A stretch of DNA of 63,109 bases, the filler included, from Piptocephalis cylindrospora (lineage: Eukaryota), in NCBI GenBank assembly GCA_003614145.1. It is 7 parts of 7 records of this genome, joined end to end, with 100 filler letters (N's around TTAATTAATTAA, not from the genome) between each part and the next. Parts side by side here need not be neighbours in the genome. Positions count along the whole stretch, not along the records: positions 1 to 8,954 come from KZ988116.1; positions 9,055 to 18,002 come from KZ988117.1; 5 more parts are not named here. One strand, 5' to 3'. The position numbers were made by a program, and so were the translations under genes. Of the stretch, positions 1 through 10,497 are shown one piece after another (positions within the stretch are counted from its first letter, which is position 1; the number at the start of each line of letters is the position of its first letter). A model generated the notes under the pieces. That model ran no database searches. It had not been told where the DNA came from and was given only the letters and a program-made list of their open reading frames with translations.

Positions 1-278
1 CGGTAGTCTAATTGAGACCGAAGAAAGGTCAATATGGTCGAGAATGGGTGGGTCGAGGCCAGACGATACACGCTCTTCTTAAGTATGGGGGCATTCCCCG
101 TCGCTCTAAAACGAATGATAACTGCGTTGGGGGAGCATTTTAATGGGGATGAGTGACCATGAGGAGTGCGCCATTCCTCACTGGACGGTCCAATATTACC
201 CTTTTCCGGGTCTGAAGTATCAAGCGGACCCGGTGTTCCTGAAGAGTCGGAAGTAAGAGAGGAAGGAGGAGTGCTCAT
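1..278 (-). CDS. ATG12: Ubiquitin-like autophagy protein Atg12, 3'-truncated by window edge (exon 278-200, intron 199-122, exon 121-1)
   Basis: Not in the ORF track. Manual spliced translation gives MSTPPSS...DPEK|VIIRFRATGNAPILKKSVYRLASTHPFSTILTFLRSQLDY, matching the Atg12 'K.V.RF.A.GNAPILK...F..V..FLR.QL' signature; GTAAT...CAG intron keeps frame. Confidence 0.88.
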   Translation of the reverse strand, partial: MSTPPSSLTSDSSGTPGPLDTSDPEKGNIGPSSEEWRTPHGHSSPLKCSPNAVIIRFRATGNAPILKKSVYRLASTHPFSTILTFLRSQLDY

Positions 279-830
279 GATGATGGAGTAAGGGACGAGC
301 AGTAGAAGATGGAGCGTGAGGAAGGAAGGCTGGGGAATGCGACGTGTCATGAGGAATGAGGGCGTGTCATATCTACTCCCTGACTGGTGGCAGTCGCTTG
401 ATGCACTGATCGAATTTTGGAGCAGCTTGACCTGAATTTGACCTAAATTTTTAATTAGGCTAGTGAGCGGTATGTTGGGTTTTACTGTCATCCCCGCCTT
501 CGCTCCGCCCCCAGCCGCGTCATGTCCATCGCCCCAAAGACCCTATAGCCACATCCATCAGGTCAGTGAGAGACGAGAGGCAAACTGGTGGGAGGAGACG
601 AAGAGGATGGCACACTCACAAGGCCGGGCGTATCCCATGGACAGGCACGAGCTGACAAGGAGTGTTGGGGCCAAGGACAACACCAGATCTCTCATCTCTC
701 TTTCCCATCCCATCCCCTTTCATCCCATCCCATCCCATCCTATCGCTGCTTCTTCCTCTTCCCCTTCCCCCTTCTCCCTTTTTTTTTTTTGCAATCCTCC
801 CAAATTCCCAGCTCGGATCAACCTTATAGG

Positions 831-2081
831 ATGGAGGAACTCGGAATCAGCACCGCTACCACCGTTGGCCCCGCCCCACCCAAGACCACACCCAGTCACT
901 CGTCGCCCCTAACCAGCTCTCTAGGGGCTCCCACCAATGATCTCTACATAAAGCTCAAGGAATTGGAGAGACATCTGGAGTTCCTGTCCCTGCAGGAGGA
1001 GTACATCAAGGATGAACAGAAGAACCTCAAGAACGAGCTCCTCCGGGCCCAGGAAGAAGTCAAGCGCATTCAGTCGGTCCCTCTGGTGATCGGACAGTTC
1101 CTCGAGCCTGTTGATACCAACTCGGCCATTGTCGGATCCACCACCGGATCCAACTTCCTCGTCCGGGTCCTCTCCACGCTGGACCGGGAGCTCCTTCGAC
1201 CCTCGGCCTCCGTAGCCTTGCACAAGCATTCCACTGCCCTGGTTCAGATCCTGCCTCCAGAGGCGGACTCTTCTATTGCCCTGGTCAGCGCGGAAGAAAG
1301 GCCTGATGTGACCTACGCCGACATTGGTGGTCTCGACATGCAGAAGCAAGAGATTCGCGAAGCCGTCGAGCTTCCCCTGACCCATGATGACCTGTACCGT
1401 CAAATCGGAATTGACCCTCCCCGCGGAGTCCTTCTCTATGGCCCCCCAGGAACGGGGAAGACCATGTTGGTCAAGGCCGTGGCCAACCATACAACGGCCT
1501 CCTTTATCCGGGTGGTCGGCAGTGAATTTGTCCAAAAGTACCTAGGAGAGGGACCCCGTATGGTCCGTGACGTCTTCCGACTGGCCCGGGAGAATAGCCC
1601 TAGCATCATCTTCATCGACGAGATCGACGCGATTGCCACCAAGCGCTTCGATGCTCAGACTGGCGCGGATCGTGAAGTGCAACGTATTCTTCTCGAACTT
1701 TTGAACCAGATGGATGGATTTGACCAAGTGTCCAATGTCAAGGTTATCATGGCTACCAACCGCGCTGACACCTTGGATCCCGCCCTCCTTCGTCCCGGTC
1801 GTCTGGACCGGAAGATTGAGTTCCCCACCCCAGATCGTCGGCAAAAGCGTCTTATCTTCTCCACGCTTACTGCAAAGATGAACTTGTCGGATGAGGTGGA
1901 CCTGGAGGACTTTGTCTCCCGACCCGACAAGCTCAGCGGCGCCGAGATCTCGGCCATCTGCCAGGAGGCGGGTATGCAGGCGGTGCGGAAGAATCGCTAC
2001 GTGGTCTTGAGCAAGGACTTTGAGAAGGGCTACCGTAGTAACGTCAAGAAGTCCGACACTGACTTTGAGTTTTACAAGTAG
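831..2081 (+). CDS. RPT3: 26S proteasome regulatory AAA-ATPase subunit Rpt3 (PSMC4)
   Basis: [18 protein letters not shown], Walker A GPPGTGKT, Walker [10 protein letters not shown]-terminal HbYX-type FEFYK; start taken at MEELGI after a CT-rich leader. Confidence 0.96.
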   Translation: MEELGISTATTVGPAPPKTTPSHSSPLTSSLGAPTNDLYIKLKELERHLEFLSLQEEYIKDEQKNLKNELLRAQEEVKRIQSVPLVIGQFLEPVDTNSAIVGSTTGSNFLVRVLSTLDRELLRPSASVALHKHSTALVQILPPEADSSIALVSAEERPDVTYADIGGLDMQKQEIREAVELPLTHDDLYRQIGIDPPRGVLLYGPPGTGKTMLVKAVANHTTASFIRVVGSEFVQKYLGEGPRMVRDVFRLARENSPSIIFIDEIDAIATKRFDAQTGADREVQRILLELLNQMDGFDQVSNVKVIMATNRADTLDPALLRPGRLDRKIEFPTPDRRQKRLIFSTLTAKMNLSDEVDLEDFVSRPDKLSGAEISAICQEAGMQAVRKNRYVVLSKDFEKGYRSNVKKSDTDFEFYK

Positions 2082-2519
2082 GATGGAGGCACGCTGGTCA
2101 TTGGGGCCTCTCCCCCCTTCTGGTGCTTTTTTTTCAATAGATCCATCAACTCTTTGGTGGATATTTTCCTCCTTGAATGGAATGGCTTTTGTTTGATACG
2201 TGCATCTATCGTGTACGGGCATTGCGTGCTCCCCCTTCCTGGTAGGTTGGCTAGCCGGCTTTCTTGAATAATGCTTTCACTTCCTTAAGCCTTAGGGAGT
2301 GGGCATCATACCAGCCGTCCAGGGTGGATGATTAGGCCGGTCTGTGCGCATCATCCTACCCACTCATACATAGCCCTCACATTGGATCTAGAACTTTGAC
2401 AGGTGCGTGTGGACGCTGTCATTGTGGACAATAAACAACAGCTCAGCCCAGCCCAGCCTAGTTTAGTTCAGTCCAGCTCTCTGTCTTTTCTCTCTCACCC
2501 TTTATCCCTGTTAACTTAC

Positions 2520-4352
2520 ATGTCTCTCGAAGAAGATTTCCTGGCTGATCTTGAAGAACTCGGAGGGGAAAGTGATGAAGGATCGTATGAGGAGCAGGAC
2601 GAGATTGAACACGAAGCTGACACCATGGGATCCCCCACGATCAAACACGATTCTCAAACTACTCTATCCGAAGGGACCTCTCGAGAGGCATCGGAGGAAG
2701 CCCCGAATGGATCATCGGGTCATCCATCCGTCCGTAACGTGGCTAAACTCTGGCATAGTTCTAGATTGCGCGATACCATGGCAGGGATCCGGAAATACCA
2801 GGAGGATGACTCAAGAAGACTGGTGGGGATGGTGGAGGAGGATCCCGAGTACAAACTGGTGGTCCAGGGAAACCGTCTGATTGTCGATATTGACAATGAG
2901 GTGATCCTCCTGCACAAGTACCTTAGGGATGTATATGTCAAGCGTTTCGAGGAGCTCGAGACCCTAACCACCAACCCATATACGTATGCCCGAGCACTCA
3001 AGGCCATTGGCAATCATGAGGTAAGGGGTGAAAGGGGTTGAGGGCGTCTGCTCCTCTACTCATATTCATATATGATCGATCGTTTCTATAGAAAATCACA
3101 GAGTCTCTCTTGGATGGGATCCTACCCCCAGCTGTCATTATGGTCATGGTCACAGCTACCCTTGGACCTCCGCTTGACCCAGAGGCCCTAGAGAATGCCA
3201 AAGAGGGGGCGGATATGCTGTTGTCCTTGGAGGAAGCACGGGACGAGGTGAGTTGTCATTTGCAACAATGTATTTATACATCCATATGCTTATCTTTTCC
3301 CTCCTCTAGATTCTCGGATATGTCGAATCAAGGATGGGGATGATTGCCCCCAATCTATCAGCATTGGTGGGTAGTGCTACGGCGGCTCAAATGATTGGGT
3401 CGGCTGGAGGGCTTACCTCCCTTTCCAGGATGCCTGCTTGTAATGTCCAGGTAAGGCGTCTTTTCTCCCCTTGAATCATGTCTGTGTCTATGACTCACCC
3501 CCTCATCCTTCTTCCCCATTATAGGTTCTAGGGGCCAATAAGGTAGCAAGCAATATGGGATTCTCCAAGGCAACAGTACAGCGACATATTGGATTTGTGT
3601 ATCATGCGGATCCTCTCAAGGATATGCAGGGGGATCTTCGGACCAAAGGAGTTCGGATCCTCGCGGCCAAATGCTCCCTGGCTTCTAGAGTGGACGTGGC
3701 CCGAACATCCGAGGACGGGGAGATGGGTAGGGGGTTAAGGGAACAGGTGGAGCAAAAATTGGAAAAGCTACAGGAACCGGCGCCGAATCGTGGAGTCAAG
3801 GCCCTTCCGGCTCCCGATGAAATGCCCAAGAAGCGAAGAGGAGGACGAAGGTAGGTTGGAGCGACTCTCTCTCTCTCTCCCTCCCTCTTCCCCCTATGTA
3901 ACATCTCTTACTCATGCCCATTATATTACCATAGAGCTCGAAAGCAAAAGGAAAGCTTGCAAATGTCAGAAATGAGAAAGGCACAGAATCGGGTGCAATT
4001 TGGAGTGGCTGAGGAGGAGATCCTGGATGGGGATGAGATGGTGGGACTGGGCATGGCCGGATCCGCCGGGGTGGAGAGTGGGAAAATACGAGCATCTGCT
4101 GGGGATAAGCGAAAGGTAGGTATGTCCAAGGCTACAGTCAAGAGACTCCGGACGATGAGTGGAACCTCTGGTGGAGGGTCGGCCCATGGCCTTAGCACCT
4201 CCCTAGTCTTTACCCCCGTGCAGGGCATTGAGCTTCAGACCCCTCAGGCCCCTGATCCTTCTAAGAGACTCAAGGAGATTAATGAGGGATGGTTCAGCTC
4301 TATGGCGCGGTTTAAGAAGGAGAAGGACTCAACTGGGAAAGGGTCCAATTAG
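2520..4352 (+). CDS. PRP31: U4/U6 snRNP protein Prp31 (NOSIC/Nop domains), 5 exons
   Basis: [76 protein letters not shown] introns near 3021, 3248, 3451, 3851. Confidence 0.93.
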
Positions 4353-5647
4353 GGAGATGGGCATTGCTGGGTGGGGTATGATCAGAGAGGGTGAAATGGT
4401 CAAGAATAGTAAAATGGATGTAAGCTTCAATCCGCTCATGGCTAGATCCTTCACTGATCGTTCCTGTTCTCTTCAAAGATGACAAAAGGGTGATGCTATG
4501 TGTCCCTTGCATTCATTACACTTGGCTTGTCTCGTAGCCCCATCATCGCCATCATCTATTAACCCGAGAGGACAGAATAAAATGCCAAGGAAACCTCTCT
4601 CTCTCTCTCCCGCTTGGGCCCGAACTGAACGCGACAAGGCAAACGCGGGCTCGGAGCCGATGTCTTTGGGACCAGAACCATTGGCGGACCGTCCCATTTC
4701 AGTCTACAATTCACTCTATCATCCCAGCGGCCTTTCAATTCCATCACCACACGTGGATCCGTTACTCCGACGGTACCAAAGGATTGGATTGGCCAAGATG
4801 ATCGGAGTTGGAGGATGGCGGAGAAAAACGGGATGGGCTTTCTGAGGTAATTGGCCAGGTCCTAGAGCATGAATCGGAGTTTAGTGATCCTGGATAAATG
4901 CACTCACCTGGGTCTTTTTTTGTCATTTTGTATCCTCCTGGGGATATCTATCGTCTTTTACTGTGCCTCCCTCCCTTTGTCTAAGCCTAAGGGGAGGAAG
5001 CCTGAGGAAAGGAAGGCCCGACTGCCACGCGTGGTTTACTCCCTGCCTGCCTCCCTGGGCACATCTGCACCAGTAGAGACGGCCCTCCAATCCCCAACGG
5101 CTCTTCTCACTAGCCATGCCTTTTATACAATAGTCATTTACTTTCCATCTTTCTCCTCCACGACCTTGCCCTTTGTTCCCTTCTTCCTTCCCTACTCCCT
5201 ACTTTCTACTCCCCCTAACCCTTTTGCACGGCTTCTTCCTTTCTCCTTTTTCCGTTCTCCCTCCCTTCCTCACGTCCATCACGCTATCTTCCGCTCTTTC
5301 AGCCATCTCGTCCTCACGACTCTACGACGCCTTGTGTCTGTCTGCGGTCTCCCTCCTCTCTCTTTCTCTTTCCCTCTCCACGATTCTTCTCCCCTGGTGT
5401 GGTCAACTGCTCACCTGCCCTCCTTCAGTCTCCGGTCCGTATCGTCCGATTATCCCTGCATTGGTCTTGCTCTCCCTCCTTTTACGTGCCCCACCCCCCT
5501 TCCTCCATTGATCTTACCGTCAGTTCGTACGTCGTATTCTGAGCAACCTATTCCGTCTTGCTCTCATTACCTACTCCACGATCTGCCACCTACCCCTCCC
5601 CATACGCTCAAGGACCTAACCTCTCTTCCCGAAGTGATTCATCGTGC

Positions 5648-7056
5648 ATGCAACCACACCTGCTGCTCCTCCCCCCCCCTTACCTCTACTACGCTCCACG
5701 TAACGTTTTGCCTTACCCGGCCCTTCTTTCCCCGTCTCTAAAACGACTCTCTCGTCGTCTCTCCATCTCGCTCGTATCCAGTTTACTCCCTAGGTGATCC
5801 CTATCTTGGCTTCCAACAAAATGACCTTTTCTGATCGGTTTTGCAATAGCAAACATATGAAGCGGCTCCAGTCCATCTTCTGCAAGAATAGGGAAGATGG
5901 AGGTGGTGGTGCTGAGTCTTCCCCGGCTTCCGAGGCGGATAGCTCTCCTCCTCCCGCGCCCGCACCCGCACCCGCACCCGTCTCTGCTCCTGCCCCTTCC
6001 CCCGCATCAGCCTTTGCCCCATCCCGCCAGGCTGCTCCGGCAGATGAGGCAGATGAGGAATTTACTCCCCCTTCCCCCCCTCCATCCACCTCCTCTTCCC
6101 GACGTCAAACCTCTTTCTCTGCTGATCAATCTTCGTCAGGCGAGGAGGACATCGGAGGTGGTGGAAGGAATACTAATAGTGGGGGAAGTGGGATGAACGA
6201 TGTGGATGATGACACTGGCTCGGAGGGAGCCCATCAGAGCCCCTCTTCCTCTCCCACAGGAGTTATCGGAGCAGGCACATCTTTCCCCGGAGGCGAATCC
6301 ACCCCCACCACCCGGTCCGCCGTCTCTGGTGTCCCCCTCCCCTCCTCATCCTCCACTTCTCCCTTTCCTGCGAGGACCTCGGGTCTGAGCGATTCTGCCA
6401 ACCAGACTGGATCCACTGGTCTTCTTGCCGGCATTGCCGCATGTGCCACCATCGCTGTTGTCCTTCTCCTTGGTCTCGTGTTTCTCGTGGTACGTCGTCG
6501 CCGACGTCAAAGCCAGGCCCCATCCGAGGACTCGGATATTCTGGAGAAGGGTGGGGGCGGTGTTCATGGTCGTCGGGAGTACAAGAGCCTTGCCACGGGC
6601 GACGATGCCCAGGAGGATCATTCTAGTGCCCCCCCAGCCCTTTACGACCGTCCTTCCCCCGCCCCCTCCATGTCCACGCCCCCGACCTCGGGTAGTGACC
6701 TTCTTTCCCAGATGACCGTTCCCGTATCCCCTACTGCTGCCCGCACCTCCCTGGAGCATGCCCCAGAAATCCGCGCTTCTCCTCCACCCGTCACTGTCAC
6801 GGGGCCTTCCGAGGGTCCGGTAGATGAGGACATCTTTGGTGCCTCTATCTTCCATCGTGGGGCTGGAGATGCTTCTAGGAGCGGGGAAATTCTTGGTCCT
6901 CATGGGTCTATTGCTCCTAACAAGCCCTTTGCCGATCAAGGGACCCAGCCCGTAGGCACTTTTGAAAGTTCCGTGGGGGTCTTGGGCGATGTGGAGGACT
7001 TTCCCGAGGTCCCTTCCATTGACCCGGCTGATCCTCGGTTGGATCACCAACGGTAA
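5648..7056 (+). CDS. Ser/Pro/Gly-rich single-pass membrane protein (Mid2/Wsc-like topology); start uncertain
   Basis: ORF 5794-7056 has one hydrophobic helix (LLAGIAACATIAVVLLLGLVFLVV) followed by RRRRR; an upstream exon from ATG 5648 joins in frame via a phase-2 GTGATC...AATAG intron. Confidence 0.55.
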
Positions 7057-7241
7057 TACTATCCGCCACGCCCTTTTTTTTAACTTGATGTGTTAATCCT
7101 TGTTTTTTGTTTCGTTCTTGCCCGTATGCAATGCTTGCTTTGGATAAATTGGAAAAATGAAGCAAAAAGAGATGTATTGATCAGATCCATTACAGAAAAA
7201 GATGGAACAAATCATCATTATCATCATAATGAGAAATTCAT

Positions 7242-8861
7242 CTAATCATAATAACCCTTCTGATTAAACATCTCATGAACACTGGCTCTTCTGTCGACAG
7301 GCTTTAGCGCGGAGATAGGAGGGCGTGAGCCGGATCGAATAGAGGAGGAACGAGACTTGGAATTATTCATCGATGCATAGGAGGGTTGATGAGAGAGGGT
7401 GGGAGAGTCGAAGGGACGGCGATTAGAGGACTGCACTTTCCAAGAAGAGCGAATGAAGTCGCTCGAGCCATCGGAAGACTCTGACACTACGCTCCGGTGA
7501 GAGGAGACGGAGGAGATCGAAGCACTAGATTGACGACGCTCCTGAGGGGCGAGGGGTTTCCAGGTATTCGATCGAGAGGGGGGGCGGCCCCTTTCGGTAG
7601 AGTACCTACTTTCCCCGTCCGATGGTGATGGAGGATAGTCATCAAAGATAAAGGAATTCTGAGCATTGGGCCGAGGGGAAGTACCACCATGAGGGGGAGT
7701 ATGTGGAAGAGGCCGATCCTGGTAGGATGTAGACTCTGTCGAGGCTGTATTGGTAGGGGAGAGGGGGGGAGTGCCACTCGTGTCAGAACGTGGAGAGGAA
7801 GGTAAGGGTGTGGTCGAGGAACGATGGAGGCTAGGATGCCCTTGGAGAGCAGTATGAAGGTCCAAAACAGCCTGGAAAGGTACGGGTAGCTTATCCTTAT
7901 TTTTCTTGGGCATGAAGAGGTGTTCAGGGAAATGGAATATAGCGTTGATCTTTGCCTTACCGTAGCACTTATGCACGTCATCTAGACGTTTACGAAGAGC
8001 GTTTTGACGTTCGAGAGAGAAAGTCAAACCGTACACAGACCAAAAGTACTGGAGGAACTGGATGGCCTTGTCATATTGTCCTCCCATATGTTTTCTGAGG
8101 TTGGAATATTCCGACGGCTTGGCATCACGCACTTCGTTGGCAATTGTTCGGAAGTCCTGAGTCAGCCTGCACGTCACCTTGAGCCAATCTTCAAAGGTAG
8201 CGGTATTGCTCAGTTTCTGGAGCATCATTGAATGATCCCCAAATTTCTTGGGTATTCTGCGCATCGCTCCTATCCAGGGTAAGCTGGCGAAGGGGGTGGA
8301 TAGATCATCATATTTCTCAAGTATGGCCCTTGTTCTTTTTACCTCAGGGAAGGTGGCAAGATGGCTGAGCAATGTATCGTGGTTATTGGTGTTATCGTGT
8401 GAAGAGCACGATTCCTCCATCATCTTATCCATGATATCCCACGAAGGAACCTCAATTGGGTCAATGAGAACCATGTGGCTTCCCTTTCCCCTTGTGGATC
8501 CACCAACCCTCTCGTGGGAATGACGAACTTTCTTGTTCCTCTCGAGGGAATGCTGAGATGTGCCTGGGTTCTGTCGGTCTTGAGGGGGATCATCATTCGA
8601 TCTCTGGATTTTTGTCGACCCATCACTGCTGGTGTGCGAGAGATCAGGGAGAGAGGGAAGTTTCTTGTTCGACAGTTGAGAATCTCTTTTCGAGCCTCTG
8701 ATGGTATTTAAAAGCGAGTTTCTTATATCAGCATGGTAATCTGATGTGTCCCTACCCCATGAATGATCTTGAGCTGCTTTCTCTGTTGACATAGGGGTAG
8801 CCTCAGCTGGTATCCAAGAGGCGAGAAGGAGAGCAGAGAGGTAGAAAGGGACAGATTTCAT
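7242..8861 (-). CDS. Putative secreted protein of unknown function with Ser/Pro-rich tail; paralog of 36739-37413
   Basis: Intronless ORF; signal-peptide-like start MKSVPFYLSALLLASWIPAEA; central block shared with the contig-5 protein. Confidence 0.75.
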   Translation of the reverse strand: MKSVPFYLSALLLASWIPAEATPMSTEKAAQDHSWGRDTSDYHADIRNSLLNTIRGSKRDSQLSNKKLPSLPDLSHTSSDGSTKIQRSNDDPPQDRQNPGTSQHSLERNKKVRHSHERVGGSTRGKGSHMVLIDPIEVPSWDIMDKMMEESCSSHDNTNNHDTLLSHLATFPEVKRTRAILEKYDDLSTPFASLPWIGAMRRIPKKFGDHSMMLQKLSNTATFEDWLKVTCRLTQDFRTIANEVRDAKPSEYSNLRKHMGGQYDKAIQFLQYFWSVYGLTFSLERQNALRKRLDDVHKCYGKAKINAIFHFPEHLFMPKKNKDKLPVPFQAVLDLHTALQGHPSLHRSSTTPLPSSPRSDTSGTPPLSPTNTASTESTSYQDRPLPHTPPHGGTSPRPNAQNSFIFDDYPPSPSDGESRYSTERGRPPSRSNTWKPLAPQERRQSSASISSVSSHRSVVSESSDGSSDFIRSSWKVQSSNRRPFDSPTLSHQPSYASMNNSKSRSSSIRSGSRPPISALKPVDRRASVHEMFNQKGYYD

Positions 8862-8954
8862 GGTGGTGGAGGAAAAAAGGATGTGGCTAGGTGTTCTGAG
8901 GAGAGAGGATTTCAAAAGAATATGGCGTGAGGAAAAGGTCGTTGCAAAGAGGGT

Positions 8955-9054
8955 NNNNNNNNNNNNNNNNNNNNNNNNNNNNNNNNNNNNNNNNNNNNTT
9001 AATTAATTAANNNNNNNNNNNNNNNNNNNNNNNNNNNNNNNNNNNNNNNNNNNN
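8955..9054. other. Artificial contig linker
   Basis: N44-TTAATTAATTAA-N44 (stop codons in all six frames). Confidence 0.99.
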
Positions 9055-9065
9055 CTGGATCCGAT

Positions 9066-9183
9066 GGCAGGTTTGCTCTTTATCAACTGACACTGCCATC
9101 CGGATTCAGGTAAGCATCCATCCTGGGGAATATAAGTAGGGCAGGTTTGCTCTTTATCAACTGACACTGCCATCCGGATTCAG
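9066..9183 (+). repeat. Perfect 44-bp direct repeat (9066-9109, 9140-9183) with a 30-bp spacer
   Basis: GGCAGGTTTGCTCTTTATCAACTGACACTGCCATCCGGATTCAG occurs twice. Confidence 0.95.
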
Positions 9184-10497
9184 ATCCGTATCAATACATC
9201 TATTTGCCAGCGATTAGCCTCATCCCTCAGTGAGAACAAGACAACAGTTTCAGCGGAAACCACATTTTTTGTCGAGTCACAGCCTACTGTAGACAAGAGA
9301 AGAATCCCCATAGTGAGGCCCACAAGTGAGGACTGAGAAGTGCGGATCCAAACGGATCTAAGACACTCATTTAGAATAAAACGTCCTTCCTACTTAAAAG
9401 GAGCTAGGTAATGCACAGTGCCGATGGTTTCATGTTGAGGAGACGGGCGATGTAGAGCCATAGAGTAGTATTTAATGACGCTCTATTGGCGTCCATCTTA
9501 CAAGAAGCCCACACGGCGGCAGCAGTATTTGAAGGTGATGGTGATGACGATGACGATGGTAGTAGCTCCTCATAACCAAAATATCCCCCCTTGTTTTCCA
9601 TTCCTCCCTTCTCAATGATCTCTTATGTGGGTTCTACCCACCCTGTATGGACTCTAATTTAGAATAGATGTCAATTTGCAAGAAAAAAAGATAGATGACC
9701 TTGGTGAATGGATGGAATGGATCAGGTAGAGCCCAATACATGGATAGTATGGAGAGAAAAGATCAAAAACCCTCTCTCCCCGGCTTGGATTTGTCCTCCC
9801 CCTCCCCATTCCCTATCCTTATATCCATCCCTCCCAAATTCCCACTCTCCCTCCCACCCATCTGTCCTCACTATAGGGACACCCCTTATGTTGGTAATTG
9901 CTCCGCTATTATGGGTCCTTCTCACCACATTTTCTGCATTTTTTCGGCGCATCCTATTATAATCTTTTTTACTTGGATGAAAGAATGTACGCGTTATGTA
10001 TTGATTTAAAACTCAAAAATATTATCTATGGACAAAAGTAGTAAGAAGAGAAAGAAGCCTTCTATTTAAAGGCAACTTGGGCTTTCTTTTTTAGATCATA
10101 CTGTCCAACTACTGAAGGTAAATGAGCGGGAAATTGGGGGATTAATTCATAATGACTTACTCCAAAGGAAAAACAGCGATTCAATTCTTAATTGATGAAA
10201 CTATCCATCACTGTAGACCTAGGAGCATCTTTAGAATATATAGGGATAGCATAATTGGGAAGCAATATGATAGAAAGTGTTTATTAAGCATTTTCTCTTT
10301 CATTTCATCGTTATATCCTATTTCTTCAAAGATAAAATCCCGTCTCAAAACCCGGCCCACTTTGTTGACATTTCCGTCTGTGTTTGGATGGGAGGAGCTT
10401 GAGGTATCAGTGCATTTTACATCCACAGTCGACACGTCCCTTCCAACCGCCCTCGCTCTCCTCCTCGCCCTCACATCTTTCTTCCTTCTCTCTTGCC

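Noticed and set aside
463..483. Peptide MSGMLGF shared by ORFs 463-912 and 36379-36579
   Set aside because: Both are likely spurious promoter-region ORFs and the match does not extend
921..2222. Long antisense ORFs over RPT3 (also over KGD2, histones, RPS3, CCT6)
   Set aside because: Expected shadows of codon-biased, highly expressed genes
4869..5741. Long low-complexity ORFs in CT-rich DNA (also 50231-51320, 60510-60923)
   Set aside because: Pyrimidine-rich leaders are depleted of stop codons; no protein features
9066..9183. CRISPR-like repeat-spacer-repeat
   Set aside because: Only two units, eukaryotic context, no cas genes
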